Of a DNA stretch of 58,166 nucleotides, positions 44,726-53,161 are shown in pieces. The position numbers were made by a program, and so were the translations under genes. The notes under the pieces are model-generated. The model had not been told where the DNA came from, searched no databases, and worked only from the letters and a program-made list of their open reading frames with translations. The stretch spans positions 1 through 58,166 of the forward strand of contig CALRGY010000002.1 of assembly GCA_943358395.1 (NCBI GenBank). The letters run 5' to 3'. Position 1 is the first letter of the stretch; each line of letters starts with the position of its first letter. This DNA comes from Candidatus Uhrbacteria bacterium (GTDB taxonomy: Bacteria > Patescibacteriota > Patescibacteriia > UBA9934).

Positions 44726-44830
44726 GCCGTCTCCCGTGGCTTGATTATTTCTCCCTCACAACAACGCGAAAGTGCGTTGGGGGAGGGAGAAGACTAGCTG
44801 AGTACACACACACTTGTCAAAGCCAAAAAT

Positions 44831-44862
44831 AAGAAATACCGCCAATATTAGCGGTATTTCTT
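44831..44862. terminator. Hairpin terminator downstream of trpS
   Basis: AAGAAATACCGC-CAATATTA-GCGGTATTTCTT with A/T runs on both sides. Confidence 0.7.
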
Positions 44863-44876
44863 TAAATAGGATTCAT

Positions 44877-45857
44877 TTACAGCACCAGTCCCATTTGCTC
44901 TTTTGCCACCTGAACTTTTGCAGACGCCTGGGTATTTGCCTTTGCGGCACCCACGGCAAGGATCTCGATGAGATCGGTTTCGTTGGCAAGGAGATCGGTG
45001 ATTTTCTTCTGGATCGGGGTAAGGAAGTCGATGAGCGCTGTTGCTGTGGCGTCTTTGAACGCTTTGTTTCCTTGGGTTTCGAACTCTGCAGCGATGTCGG
45101 TAATCGATCGACCGGTGCACAGGTGATGGATAGTGAGGAGGTTTTTAAGCCCAAGGCGTGCGTCGTCGACGGTAATGTTTGGCAAAGAATCGGTGACGGC
45201 GGCACGGATCTTTTTCGCGATGGTATCTGTATCATCCATGATCGAGATGTAATTCTTGGCACTTGCGGCGCTTTTGCTCATCTTTTTTTCCGGATTATCG
45301 AGCCCAAGAATTCGCGCGCCTTCCAATCGGATTACCGGCTTTGGCACCACAAACGTCTGCCCAAAGTCGCGATTAAACCGTTCGGCAAGGTCGCGCGTAA
45401 GCTCCACATGCTGCTTTTGATCTTCACCAACGGGAACCACTTCCGGGTCGTACAGCAGAATATCTGCTGCCATAAGCACAGGGTACGTAAACAGCCCCAC
45501 GGAAACATTTTCCCCCTTTGCCCCAGCCTTATCCTTAAACTGCGTCATACGCTCCAATTCACCCATCCGTGCCACGGTTTGCAAAAGCCACGCCAGTTCT
45601 GCATGTGCAGGAACCGTGGACTGTTGAAATAGAAGAGTTTTTTCAGGATCGATCCCCGCCGCAATGTACGCCGCCGCAAGAAATAGAATATTCTTCCGCA
45701 ATGCCTTAGGGTCTTGCGCCACCGTAATGGCATGCAAATCCACAATCATCATCGTCAAATCATGCGTTTTTTGCAGCTCAACCGCAGGCAACAACGCCCC
45801 AAAAAGGTTTCCGATGTGAAGAGTATTCGTCGGCTGAATTCCGGTTATTGCTTTCAT
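44877..45857 (-). CDS. trpS: Tryptophanyl-tRNA synthetase
   Basis: GIQPT..LHIGN (HIGH region), KMSKS and class Ic length of about 326 aa. Confidence 0.92.
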   Translation of the reverse strand: MKAITGIQPTNTLHIGNLFGALLPAVELQKTHDLTMMIVDLHAITVAQDPKALRKNILFLAAAYIAAGIDPEKTLLFQQSTVPAHAELAWLLQTVARMGELERMTQFKDKAGAKGENVSVGLFTYPVLMAADILLYDPEVVPVGEDQKQHVELTRDLAERFNRDFGQTFVVPKPVIRLEGARILGLDNPEKKMSKSAASAKNYISIMDDTDTIAKKIRAAVTDSLPNITVDDARLGLKNLLTIHHLCTGRSITDIAAEFETQGNKAFKDATATALIDFLTPIQKKITDLLANETDLIEILAVGAAKANTQASAKVQVAKEQMGLVL

Positions 45858-45909
45858 ATAGCCTAAGTGTAGCTGAAAATGCTGCCGAAGAAAAAGAATC
45901 CAATTGAAA

Positions 45910-45956
45910 CAGCCCAGGTCATGATCACTCTCGTTAGAGTGTCATGACCTGGGCTG
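45910..45956 (-). terminator. Long-stem hairpin after the lipoprotein gene
   Basis: CAGCCCAGGTCATGA..CACTC-loop-GAGTG.TCATGACCTGGGCTG, followed by TTTCAATT on the minus strand. Confidence 0.6.
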
Positions 45957-45960
45957 CTCG

Positions 45961-46656
45961 TCACTCCTCGATCCCTCCGGTGTCATCCTCGCACCCGAAG
46001 TAAATGTCGGGGTCGAGGTCGTTGCAGTCGATGGGGTAGTCGACCCCATCGTCGTCCTGATCGTAGTCATCGTCTCCGGCACAGTCTTGATCGATACCGT
46101 CATACCAGGTCTCCGTTGCCCCTGGGTAGACGGTGCTGTCGGTGTCGAGGCAGTCGACGGAGACCTCGTACCCATCGGCGTCCTTGTCGTTATCGTTGTT
46201 CCCGGTGCAGTCGGAGTCTACGCCGTCGTACCATTCATCCTCGGCGGTCGGGTGGATTGCGGCATTGGTGTCGTCACAGTCGACGAGGGCGGTGTAGCCG
46301 TCCTCGTCGACGTCGAGGGTGTCGCAGCCCTCGTCGGCGTCACCATCACAGTTGTTGTCGACGCCGTCGCAGACCTCGGTCGCGATGGGGTTGATGGTGG
46401 GGTCGGTGTCGTCGCAGTCTGCACCTTCCCCTTCTCCTCCATACCCGTCTTCGTCCCTGTCCTCACAGTCGGCGCCGTTGCAGTCTTGGTCTACTCCGTC
46501 GCCACAGACCTCATCGGCACCAGGGTAGACCTGCATATCGTTATCGGCGCAGTCATTAAGCTGGGTATAGCCGTCACCATCGCCGTCGAGAGTCTTGCTG
46601 AGATCGCAGGCAGCCAGAAACAGAAACATTGAAAAAGAAAGAAGCCTGAGTTTCAT
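45961..46656 (-). CDS. Lipoprotein with Asp/Cys-rich repeats (MopE-type putative metal-binding motif)
   Basis: Lipobox LFLAAC. Repeated DGDGY....DC.D.D..V.PGA.E.C.DG.D.DC.G units. Visibly more G+C-rich than its neighbours. Confidence 0.75.
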   Translation of the reverse strand: MKLRLLSFSMFLFLAACDLSKTLDGDGDGYTQLNDCADNDMQVYPGADEVCGDGVDQDCNGADCEDRDEDGYGGEGEGADCDDTDPTINPIATEVCDGVDNNCDGDADEGCDTLDVDEDGYTALVDCDDTNAAIHPTAEDEWYDGVDSDCTGNNDNDKDADGYEVSVDCLDTDSTVYPGATETWYDGIDQDCAGDDDYDQDDDGVDYPIDCNDLDPDIYFGCEDDTGGIEE

Positions 46657-46901
46657 GATCTTTGCCTTGTCCGGGGCGGAACATGAGCACGGAATGTGCT
46701 CAAAAAGAAACGCCAGGGCTTTCCTGAGCGTTTGCCACGAACCGGGTATTACAGCAGAGAGAGAGTTTATTCAAGCCCTTCCTAAGAAAATAGGCAGAAA
46801 TGCTGGGTATTTTAGAAAAATGGCGCTATGCTGACGAAATTTGGGCAGGAAGTGTTTTGGGGCTATAGGGGGGATGAGTCCACTCCGAACGCTTTGCGGG
46901 T

Positions 46902-46955
46902 CAGCTCCCTCCTTACTCCCCGCCCCCTCCTTACTCCCCCATAAATGGGGGAGAG
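46902..46955 (-). repeat. GPE copy, intergenic, inverted orientation
   Basis: The reverse complement reads CTCTCCCCCATTTATGGGGGAGTAAGGAGGGGGCGGGGAGTAAGGAGGGAGCTG. Confidence 0.8.
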
Positions 46956-46983
46956 AAGCGAGGAGATGAATCTCGATTGTGAA

Positions 46984-47045
46984 CTCCCCTCCATTTATGG
47001 AGGGGCTGGGGGAGGCGGGGGATTAGAGGGGGGGGCTGAAGCCGA
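46984..47045 (+). repeat. GPE copy, intergenic, forward orientation
   Basis: CTCCCCTCCATTTATGGAGGGGCTGGGGGAGGCGGGGGATTAGAGGGGGGGGCTGAAGCCG. Confidence 0.8.
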
Positions 47046-47050
47046 AAAAA

Positions 47051-47075
47051 AGAACACCCATGGGTGTTCTTTTTC
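47051..47075. terminator. Palindromic hairpin with flanking A/T runs beside tRNA-Leu
   Basis: AAAAAAAGAACACCCATGGGTGTTCTTTTT. Confidence 0.6.
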
Positions 47076-47162
47076 TGGTGCGGATGGAGGGACTCGAACC
47101 CTCAATTCGTTGAAGACACAGGCTTCTGAGACCTGCGCGTATACCAATTCCGCCACATCCGC
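47076..47162 (-). tRNA. tRNA-Leu (anticodon CAG), long variable arm
   Basis: Hand-folded: acceptor GCGGATG/CATCCGC, anticodon stem CAGGT/GCCTG with loop CTCAGAA, long variable arm, GGTTCGAGTCC, encoded CCA. Confidence 0.88.
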
Positions 47163-47184
47163 AAAAATGCCAAACTACTGTAGC

Positions 47185-48720
47185 TTAAAATGTATGTTTT
47201 GTCTTGCGGTACCACTGTTCCACGGTGGTGAATCGGTCAGATGGCGTGGTAACGGTGGCGATACTTGCGCCAAATATCTTTGGGCTGAGCGCATACAGAT
47301 AGTGGGGCTGATAGAGCATGAGCGCTGGCTGTTCCTCTGTGAATGCTGCAAGAAGAAGCTGCGCCGCCTCTGTGGCCTTGGTGTGATCGGTAGTCGTGCG
47401 AGCCGTTTCTATGGCGGTATCTACTTTACGATTCGTAAAACCGCTCAGGTTTAAGCCAGGGGAAGAGATTTGTGAAGAGTGCCAGAACGGATACAAATCT
47501 GGATACGTGCCGTACCGTTCACCGGCTAACAACGCATCGTACGCATGATTTTGAAGAACGTCGCTTTGAAAAACAGCAGGATCCACTGCTTCCACAGTAA
47601 CAGCAACACCGATCGTTTCCCACGTGTGTTGCAATGCCGTCGCCGCAGCAAGAAGATCGGGAGTGTTGAGGACGGTAAGGGAGAACGCAAGAGACGCTCC
47701 TGCCTTTGAACGAACAGTCGCTCCGCTTACGAGTGCCCACCCTTTTGCATCGAGGAGTGCTTTTGCTGCCTCTATGTCCCCAGCGGGAACCGGGGCGGCA
47801 GAATCATATCCGGGCATGCCGGAAAGAATCGGTGAAGTGATTGGCGTGCCGTATGTTCCAACGGCTGTTTGGGTGACGGTCGTACGATCGGTAGCAAGAA
47901 TGAGCGCGCGGCGTACGTCGTCGTCTGCAAGAATAGGGGAACGCTTTTGATGAAAGAATACTGCAGTGAATTGCTGAAGATTCGGGTGAAAGAGCGCAAC
48001 GCCTCCGTCGTGCGCAAAGAGCTGTGCATCGTGTGCAGAAAGTACCGATGCGCCTTCTACATTTTTATTGCGCACCGCATCGGCAAGTTCCTGAAGGGAA
48101 GAATAAAATTTAAACGTTATCTCATTGAGGTATACGGTGCCACGATAGAATGAGGGATTCCGTGCAAGGGTATAGCTGCGAAACACACCATTGGTATCTT
48201 TAACGAGCTTTGAAAACATGAATGGGCCGCTGCCAACGGGTTTGCTGTTGAGCTGTGCCAGGGGCGCATATTGTGGGGCAATTTCTTCCCAAAGGTGAAC
48301 GGGAAGTATGCCAACGGTAAGCGCGGCAAGAAAGGGCGCAAGCGGCTCGGTCAGTGTAAAGATGACCGTACGCTCATCTGGTGCTTCTACGGTTGCGCCA
48401 GTGAACGTCACAGCAAGGGGGCTGTGATAGGAAGGGTCTTGAATGGCGTGAATGGTAAAAAGAATATCGGCGCTGGTCACGGGCGCCCCGTCGTGCCATA
48501 GCGCAGAAGGGCGCAACACGAACGTATAGGTTTTTTGGTCGTCGGAAATACTCACCTGTTCGGCAAGGTCTGGAATGAGGGTGTGATCGCCGTCGTATCG
48601 CATTAAACCAGAGTAGACGAGCCGGGCAATGTCGCTATCCACATCACTTCCTGGTGCGTAGAGGGGATTGATGAATTGCGGGGTGCCAATTGCGCCTTCA
48701 ATATACGAACCGCCAATCAT
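47185..48720 (-). CDS. ABC-transporter substrate-binding protein, family 5 (peptide/nickel type). True N-terminus lies upstream of the ATG
   Basis: IPDLAE, YTF.LR....WHDG.P.T..D and overall SBP_bac_5 layout. The in-frame upstream sequence to 49017 is open and encodes WKQWRELPRFLS + a TM helix, but has no ATG/GTG/TTG. Confidence 0.8.
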   Translation of the reverse strand: MIGGSYIEGAIGTPQFINPLYAPGSDVDSDIARLVYSGLMRYDGDHTLIPDLAEQVSISDDQKTYTFVLRPSALWHDGAPVTSADILFTIHAIQDPSYHSPLAVTFTGATVEAPDERTVIFTLTEPLAPFLAALTVGILPVHLWEEIAPQYAPLAQLNSKPVGSGPFMFSKLVKDTNGVFRSYTLARNPSFYRGTVYLNEITFKFYSSLQELADAVRNKNVEGASVLSAHDAQLFAHDGGVALFHPNLQQFTAVFFHQKRSPILADDDVRRALILATDRTTVTQTAVGTYGTPITSPILSGMPGYDSAAPVPAGDIEAAKALLDAKGWALVSGATVRSKAGASLAFSLTVLNTPDLLAAATALQHTWETIGVAVTVEAVDPAVFQSDVLQNHAYDALLAGERYGTYPDLYPFWHSSQISSPGLNLSGFTNRKVDTAIETARTTTDHTKATEAAQLLLAAFTEEQPALMLYQPHYLYALSPKIFGASIATVTTPSDRFTTVEQWYRKTKHTF

Positions 48721-49017
48721 TGGGACGGTGGTTTCGTGTGAAAGCCAGAATCGAAAGCCAAGAAGAGCGCTGGATGCAATGAATACACACGCAGCAAGCG
48801 ATGCGTTTCTTTTTTCGTGGACGGAAAGAAAACGGGGAAGTTCTCTCCACTGTTTCCATGTTGGAAATGTTCCGCCACGTAAGCGAATAAGGTGGTGTAC
48901 CGCACTGGCATTCGGTGATGGAGGGCTTCGTCGTTTTTGCGCAAAAGAGCGGATCGAGGCGATCCATCTGCGACAGGTGTCACGTACGGAGAGCGGAAGA
49001 AGCGGAATACGGAGCGC

Positions 49018-49233
49018 TTAAAGGGTGAAAAGGCTGTTGGCGAGTGCTGTTCCCAAGAAAAGAACGGCAAGAATAACGGTGGCAATATGGAGCTTTTTTT
49101 CAATGCCACGGCGGGTGCGATAGAAGCTGCCGTCCCCACCAAAAGCCAATCCAACGTTGGTGCCGCGTGCCTGAATAAGGATTGCAATCATGAGAAGTAC
49201 CGCAAGAATCAGCTGAATAATATCGAGAATCAT
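49018..49233 (-). CDS. secG: Preprotein translocase subunit SecG
   Basis: 71 aa, two TM helices, LIQ..G...G.AFGG central motif. Confidence 0.8.
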   Translation of the reverse strand: MILDIIQLILAVLLMIAILIQARGTNVGLAFGGDGSFYRTRRGIEKKLHIATVILAVLFLGTALANSLFTL

Positions 49234-49294
49234 AGTGGGGAAAGTATAGCAAACTGGGGATATACGGTAAAGACAGCGGGAAAAGAGTGTTTAA

Positions 49295-49771
49295 CTATTT
49301 CCCGTCCTGTCGGGATTTTTTGATGGATTGGCGCATTTCGCGTCTGTTCATGGGATCTTCAGCTTCTGTGTGTTCCGTTTGTGGTTTAGGATGGTTCGGA
49401 TCATTTTCTACATACATAGTGCCCCGCGGCGTAGAAACAGCATGGTATCCTTCGGGACATTTTTGAACGAACTGTCTGCCACTTTCGGTAGACTGGACAT
49501 ACCATCCCTCGGGTACATCTTCGGCAAATTGGATTCCTCCTGGAATTCCCTGGGCATGATATCCCACGGGAGCTTCAGTTTGCCCTGGTTCTGCTCTCAT
49601 TACTTTAGGACGACGAACATCGGGCGTGATGGTTTTTGGTGCAAATGCAGAAGTTTCAACGGTTGGTTCGATAACAGGTTCTCCTGCATAAGCCTTCTTC
49701 ATTTCTCCCCCACCAAGGAGCGCCGCACCTATTGCCATTCTTGCAAAACTCCCAAATCCACCTTCTCTCAT
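49295..49771 (-). CDS. Hypothetical protein
   Basis: 158 aa with a short Gly/Ala-rich hydrophobic N-terminus. No family recognised. Confidence 0.45.
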   Translation of the reverse strand: MREGGFGSFARMAIGAALLGGGEMKKAYAGEPVIEPTVETSAFAPKTITPDVRRPKVMRAEPGQTEAPVGYHAQGIPGGIQFAEDVPEGWYVQSTESGRQFVQKCPEGYHAVSTPRGTMYVENDPNHPKPQTEHTEAEDPMNRREMRQSIKKSRQDGK

Positions 49772-49786
49772 ATGGTCGTATTATTT

Positions 49787-49901
49787 TAGGATTTTCTCAC
49801 TTCCCGCATTGTATCATCGAAAATTGTTCAACGTACCAGGTAGTACGTCTCACGAAATTTGCTCGATGCGCACCGAAACTGGTCGAAAATGAGAACGTCC
49901 T
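49787..49901. repeat. LHE copy 10 (hybrid body) in a divergent promoter region
   Basis: TAGGATTTTCTCAC...AAAATGAGAACGTCCT. Core ACGTACC-AGGTA-GTACGT. Confidence 0.8.
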
Positions 49902-49940
49902 CAAGATCACGACAAGGGGCGTGATATAATTCTTCACAAT

Positions 49941-50708
49941 ATGGAGGAGAGCGATGAAATCAACATGCTTGCACCATTGCAAAAGAGGCCGACCGGGTCT
50001 TCTCGGAGAGTGTTGGGTATGCTTGGTTTTGTGGTTGGACTTGCTGTGGTGCTGGCATTTTCATGGCGGGTATTTGGCTTTTATCGGGGTATTCGCAGCG
50101 GTGAAATTAACCCGGCATTGGCGTACACCACCACAAGCTTTACCCGAGCGGTTACCGCGTTTGCCGCACAAGCATCAACGAGCACCAATCCTGAGGCACT
50201 CCTCGGCGCGAACGATCCATCACTCGGGAAAAAAGATGCAAAAATTACCGTGGTGGAATTTGCAGACTTTGGGTGCCCGTATTCTCAGGAGGTTGCGCCG
50301 ATTGTTCGCGCGGTGGCGCAGCAGTATGCCGCAGATGTGCAGATTGTATTCCGTAATTTTCCTTTGGAGGAGCTCCATCCAGGATCGACGATTGCTGCAG
50401 AGGCTGGTGGATGTGCCGCAGAGCAGGGAAAGTTTTGGGAGTATCATGATGCAGTATTCGCAAGCAAAGAGCCGTTAGGTGCCGATATGCTTTTAGTGCT
50501 TGCGGATAGCATAGGGCTCGATACTGCGGCATTCATGCGATGCCTGGATACCGATTACTACGCAGACGATTTAGCCGCAGACGTGAACGATGGCGCAATG
50601 AATGGCGTAACCGGTACCCCAACATTCTTCTTTAACGGAAAAAAGGTAGAGGGATCTATTCCATTTACCATTTTTACCCAAATTCTCGATGCCATGCGTA
50701 AAACGTAA
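49941..50708 (+). CDS. DsbA-family thiol:disulfide oxidoreductase with N-terminal TM anchor
   Basis: FADFGCPYS (CxxC-type active site CPYS) and thioredoxin-fold layout. Confidence 0.8.
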   Translation: MEESDEINMLAPLQKRPTGSSRRVLGMLGFVVGLAVVLAFSWRVFGFYRGIRSGEINPALAYTTTSFTRAVTAFAAQASTSTNPEALLGANDPSLGKKDAKITVVEFADFGCPYSQEVAPIVRAVAQQYAADVQIVFRNFPLEELHPGSTIAAEAGGCAAEQGKFWEYHDAVFASKEPLGADMLLVLADSIGLDTAAFMRCLDTDYYADDLAADVNDGAMNGVTGTPTFFFNGKKVEGSIPFTIFTQILDAMRKT

Positions 50709-52137
50709 ATTATTCCTTCTTGCCCTTACGGCATGGTTTGCGCTTGCCCCAAGTGCGGCATTTGCGTCGTATCAATCCTGTGACTGTTTTTGCGGCGTAC
50801 CAGGAGCTGGTGCAACCTCCGAGGGGGCCATGGAAAGCTCGACGTGCCAGGCGAAATGCGCAGACATCGCCAAGAAAAAGCCAGACACGAAGTTCGTGGG
50901 GTGTTTTACGGATCCACAATTTTATCCAGACAGGAACCCGAAATGTTGGACAGAAGAAGCCTGCTCTGCATGGAAGGGATACAATGGAATTACACCTATT
51001 ACTGCTGATTGGGATAAGGGCCAGATGCCATACGACTGTGCAAAAACCAAGACCAGTCAAAAAGAGCAGCATTATTGCTACGCAGAAGATGCAGAGTACA
51101 AATTGAATGTTCCTATCGGGAGCATTAGCTCCGTCGATAATCTTCCTGCCTACATTAACGGCATCTATACCTGGTTACTTCCCGCTGCTGCCCTTATTGC
51201 CGTCGTCATGATGATGCTTGGTGGGCTGCAATACGTGATGTCGCGCGGCAAAGAAAAATACATCACCAAAGGAAAAGATCGCATTACGAATGCGATTACC
51301 GGATTAGTGATTCTCTTAAGCATCTTCGTTATTCTGAACCTCGTCGACCCCCGATTAACCGTGTTGAATTCGCTGAAATTACCGATGATGAAAGAAGTGA
51401 CGCTTCTTGATGTGGATTCCTCCTGCGAACGACTAGGGGATAGTGATGTGGGGTACAAAGTGGATCTGGTGACCGCACCAGAATCCTGTGGAGGAACGGG
51501 GCGAATCAGTGACAGCAGTGGTCTTGTTTCGGGAGCGGTCGGTTCATGGAAAGAGGGGGATTTGTGTGAATATATGAAGTGTACAGGTGCTGATCAGGGG
51601 AAAGTGTGTATCGCAGATGGTACAGCTAAAGTATGCAAATCATGCGCCGAGGTTCCAGATGCAACCTCATCAACCTGTTCGGCACTTGCTGATACTGGCC
51701 GAGGAGAAGAGATACAGGTGTATTGTGAGTATGATAGTAACCTCAAAGGTTGTGTGACCGCTGGAAATTCATTTCCGAGCATGCAAGGCATTGATTGCGC
51801 CGAACTTCGAGCACAATCTGGAGTGGAGGAAAAAGGAAGTCCGCAAGGGTGTAAAGTCTATCAAGACTTAACGGCGAAGAGATCGTATTCTTCCAGCCTC
51901 ACATCATCTGAAAGAGAGCCGTTTTCATCTGATATTGATTCGAGCTCTTGGGATGGCAAATTACTCAAGAAAATTTGCGAGGAAGATTTTTGCGAAGTTG
52001 CAGACTATGTCGGCGCGAACGGCTGTAACTATTCAACGGGTACTGCCGCAGATCTGGAGTCATATTTTGCAAAGGGATTTGATTTCTTCGGGCTACCAGT
52101 CAACAAATCCGTTGGACACTACTGTAATACGTACTAG
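50689..52137 (+). CDS. Cys-rich secreted/membrane protein with TrbC/VirB2-like (T4SS-pilin-like) two-helix core
   Basis: Signal peptide and more than 30 Cys. The central segment IYTWLLPAAALIAVVMMMLGGLQYV.S.G......KG..RI.NAI.GLVILLSIFVILN resembles pilin-like proteins common in Patescibacteria. Confidence 0.55.
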   Translation: MPCVKRKLFLLALTAWFALAPSAAFASYQSCDCFCGVPGAGATSEGAMESSTCQAKCADIAKKKPDTKFVGCFTDPQFYPDRNPKCWTEEACSAWKGYNGITPITADWDKGQMPYDCAKTKTSQKEQHYCYAEDAEYKLNVPIGSISSVDNLPAYINGIYTWLLPAAALIAVVMMMLGGLQYVMSRGKEKYITKGKDRITNAITGLVILLSIFVILNLVDPRLTVLNSLKLPMMKEVTLLDVDSSCERLGDSDVGYKVDLVTAPESCGGTGRISDSSGLVSGAVGSWKEGDLCEYMKCTGADQGKVCIADGTAKVCKSCAEVPDATSSTCSALADTGRGEEIQVYCEYDSNLKGCVTAGNSFPSMQGIDCAELRAQSGVEEKGSPQGCKVYQDLTAKRSYSSSLTSSEREPFSSDIDSSSWDGKLLKKICEEDFCEVADYVGANGCNYSTGTAADLESYFAKGFDFFGLPVNKSVGHYCNTY

Positions 52138-52166
52138 GGAAGAGTTCCTTTCATCGGATGCTAAAC

Positions 52167-52197
52167 AAAAATCCCACTGGTTTCAGTGGGATTTTTT
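52167..52197. terminator. Bidirectional intrinsic terminator
   Basis: AAAAATCCCACTG-GTTT-CAGTGGGATTTTTT. Confidence 0.8.
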
Positions 52198-52202
52198 GAG
52201 TC

Positions 52203-52544
52203 TTACTTTTTCACCACCAGCTCACGGAGCTTGCGGCTGAAGTCTTTGATGAAGTTCAGCTTGCGCTTGCGAACTTTGTAGCGCTTCACGACTTCGATGT
52301 TTGCAATGGCTGGGGAAGAAACGGGGAAGATTTTTTCTACACCGAATCCGTTGCTTTCTTTGCGTACCACGAATGACTTTGATGCGCCTGCGCCACGGGT
52401 GGACGTGACTAATCCTTCAAAGATCTGCACGCGTTCGCGGGGTTCGCCTTTGGCATTCACGTCCTGAATCTTTTCGTGAAGGCGAATCACCATACCGGTT
52501 TCAACGGTTGGGATGGCTTGAGGGGTGACTGTTTCTTCGGTCAT
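52203..52544 (-). CDS. rplS: 50S ribosomal protein L19
   Basis: RVQ.FEG.V........G...F.VRK.S.G.GVE..FP..SP....I.V. Start trimmed to MTEETV. Confidence 0.88.
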   Translation of the reverse strand: MTEETVTPQAIPTVETGMVIRLHEKIQDVNAKGEPRERVQIFEGLVTSTRGAGASKSFVVRKESNGFGVEKIFPVSSPAIANIEVVKRYKVRKRKLNFIKDFSRKLRELVVKK

Positions 52545-52600
52545 AGTAGGGGTTTGGGTTCCTAAAGATGGGGGAATGATAGCGAAAAAGTGCAAGAGGG

Positions 52601-53155
52601 TCAAGATTTTTGGGAGACGGCAGCAATGATAGCGGCTGTAACTTCTGCGGCATTCTGATGAGTGGTATCGATGACAAGATCGAAGTTTTTGCTATTTTGC
52701 AGGGAAATTCCATACCATTTCTGGTATCGCGCTTCATTTTGCGCCACGCGTTCTGTAAGAATGTGCTGCGTTTCCACTGCAGATGTATACAGTGGCTCGT
52801 CATTTCTGCCATGCTCCTTGCTTCGTGCGGCAAAGATACGTTCTGCGGCAATAGTAGGGTCGACAGTAAGCTGCACTTTGAAGGCATGGGGAATGAAATG
52901 CCACGAGAGCCAGCCGTCGATAATGAAATTATCTTCTGTGGCGCCGAGCGTGGCTTGGAATTCATCAACAGCGCGATCGGAAGTGATGTCATCCATGCCC
53001 CGTGCATTGAGTTCATCGATGGTAATACCCTGTTCAAGCGCCATTTTTCCCCGAAGGTCACCCATGGAATAGGCCGTAAGCCCCAGGCGTTCCGCGAGGA
53101 GATTTTTTACGGTCGATTTTCCTGCTCCAGGTGCTCCAGACAATGCAATAATCAT
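52601..53155 (-). CDS. cmk: Cytidylate kinase-like P-loop kinase
   Basis: IIALSGAPGAGKST P-loop. Size and layout match short (d)CMP/adenylate-kinase-like proteins. Confidence 0.6.
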   Translation of the reverse strand: MIIALSGAPGAGKSTVKNLLAERLGLTAYSMGDLRGKMALEQGITIDELNARGMDDITSDRAVDEFQATLGATEDNFIIDGWLSWHFIPHAFKVQLTVDPTIAAERIFAARSKEHGRNDEPLYTSAVETQHILTERVAQNEARYQKWYGISLQNSKNFDLVIDTTHQNAAEVTAAIIAAVSQKS

Positions 53156-53161
53156 AGAGTT

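Noticed and set aside
44750-44790. Hairpin containing TTGGGGGAGGGAGA as a possible degenerate copy of the G-rich palindromic element.
   Set aside because: It shares only the G-run. It lacks the CTCCCCC-loop-GGGGGAG hairpin and the GGAGGGGG module, so the similarity is insufficient.
46087-46632. Several long antisense or alternative-frame ORFs (for example 46087..46632 +, 46116..46394 +, 46218..46466 -) over the lipoprotein gene.
   Set aside because: G+C-rich repetitive DNA keeps many frames open. Only the minus-strand frame 45961..46656 has a lipobox signal peptide and a coherent repeat motif.
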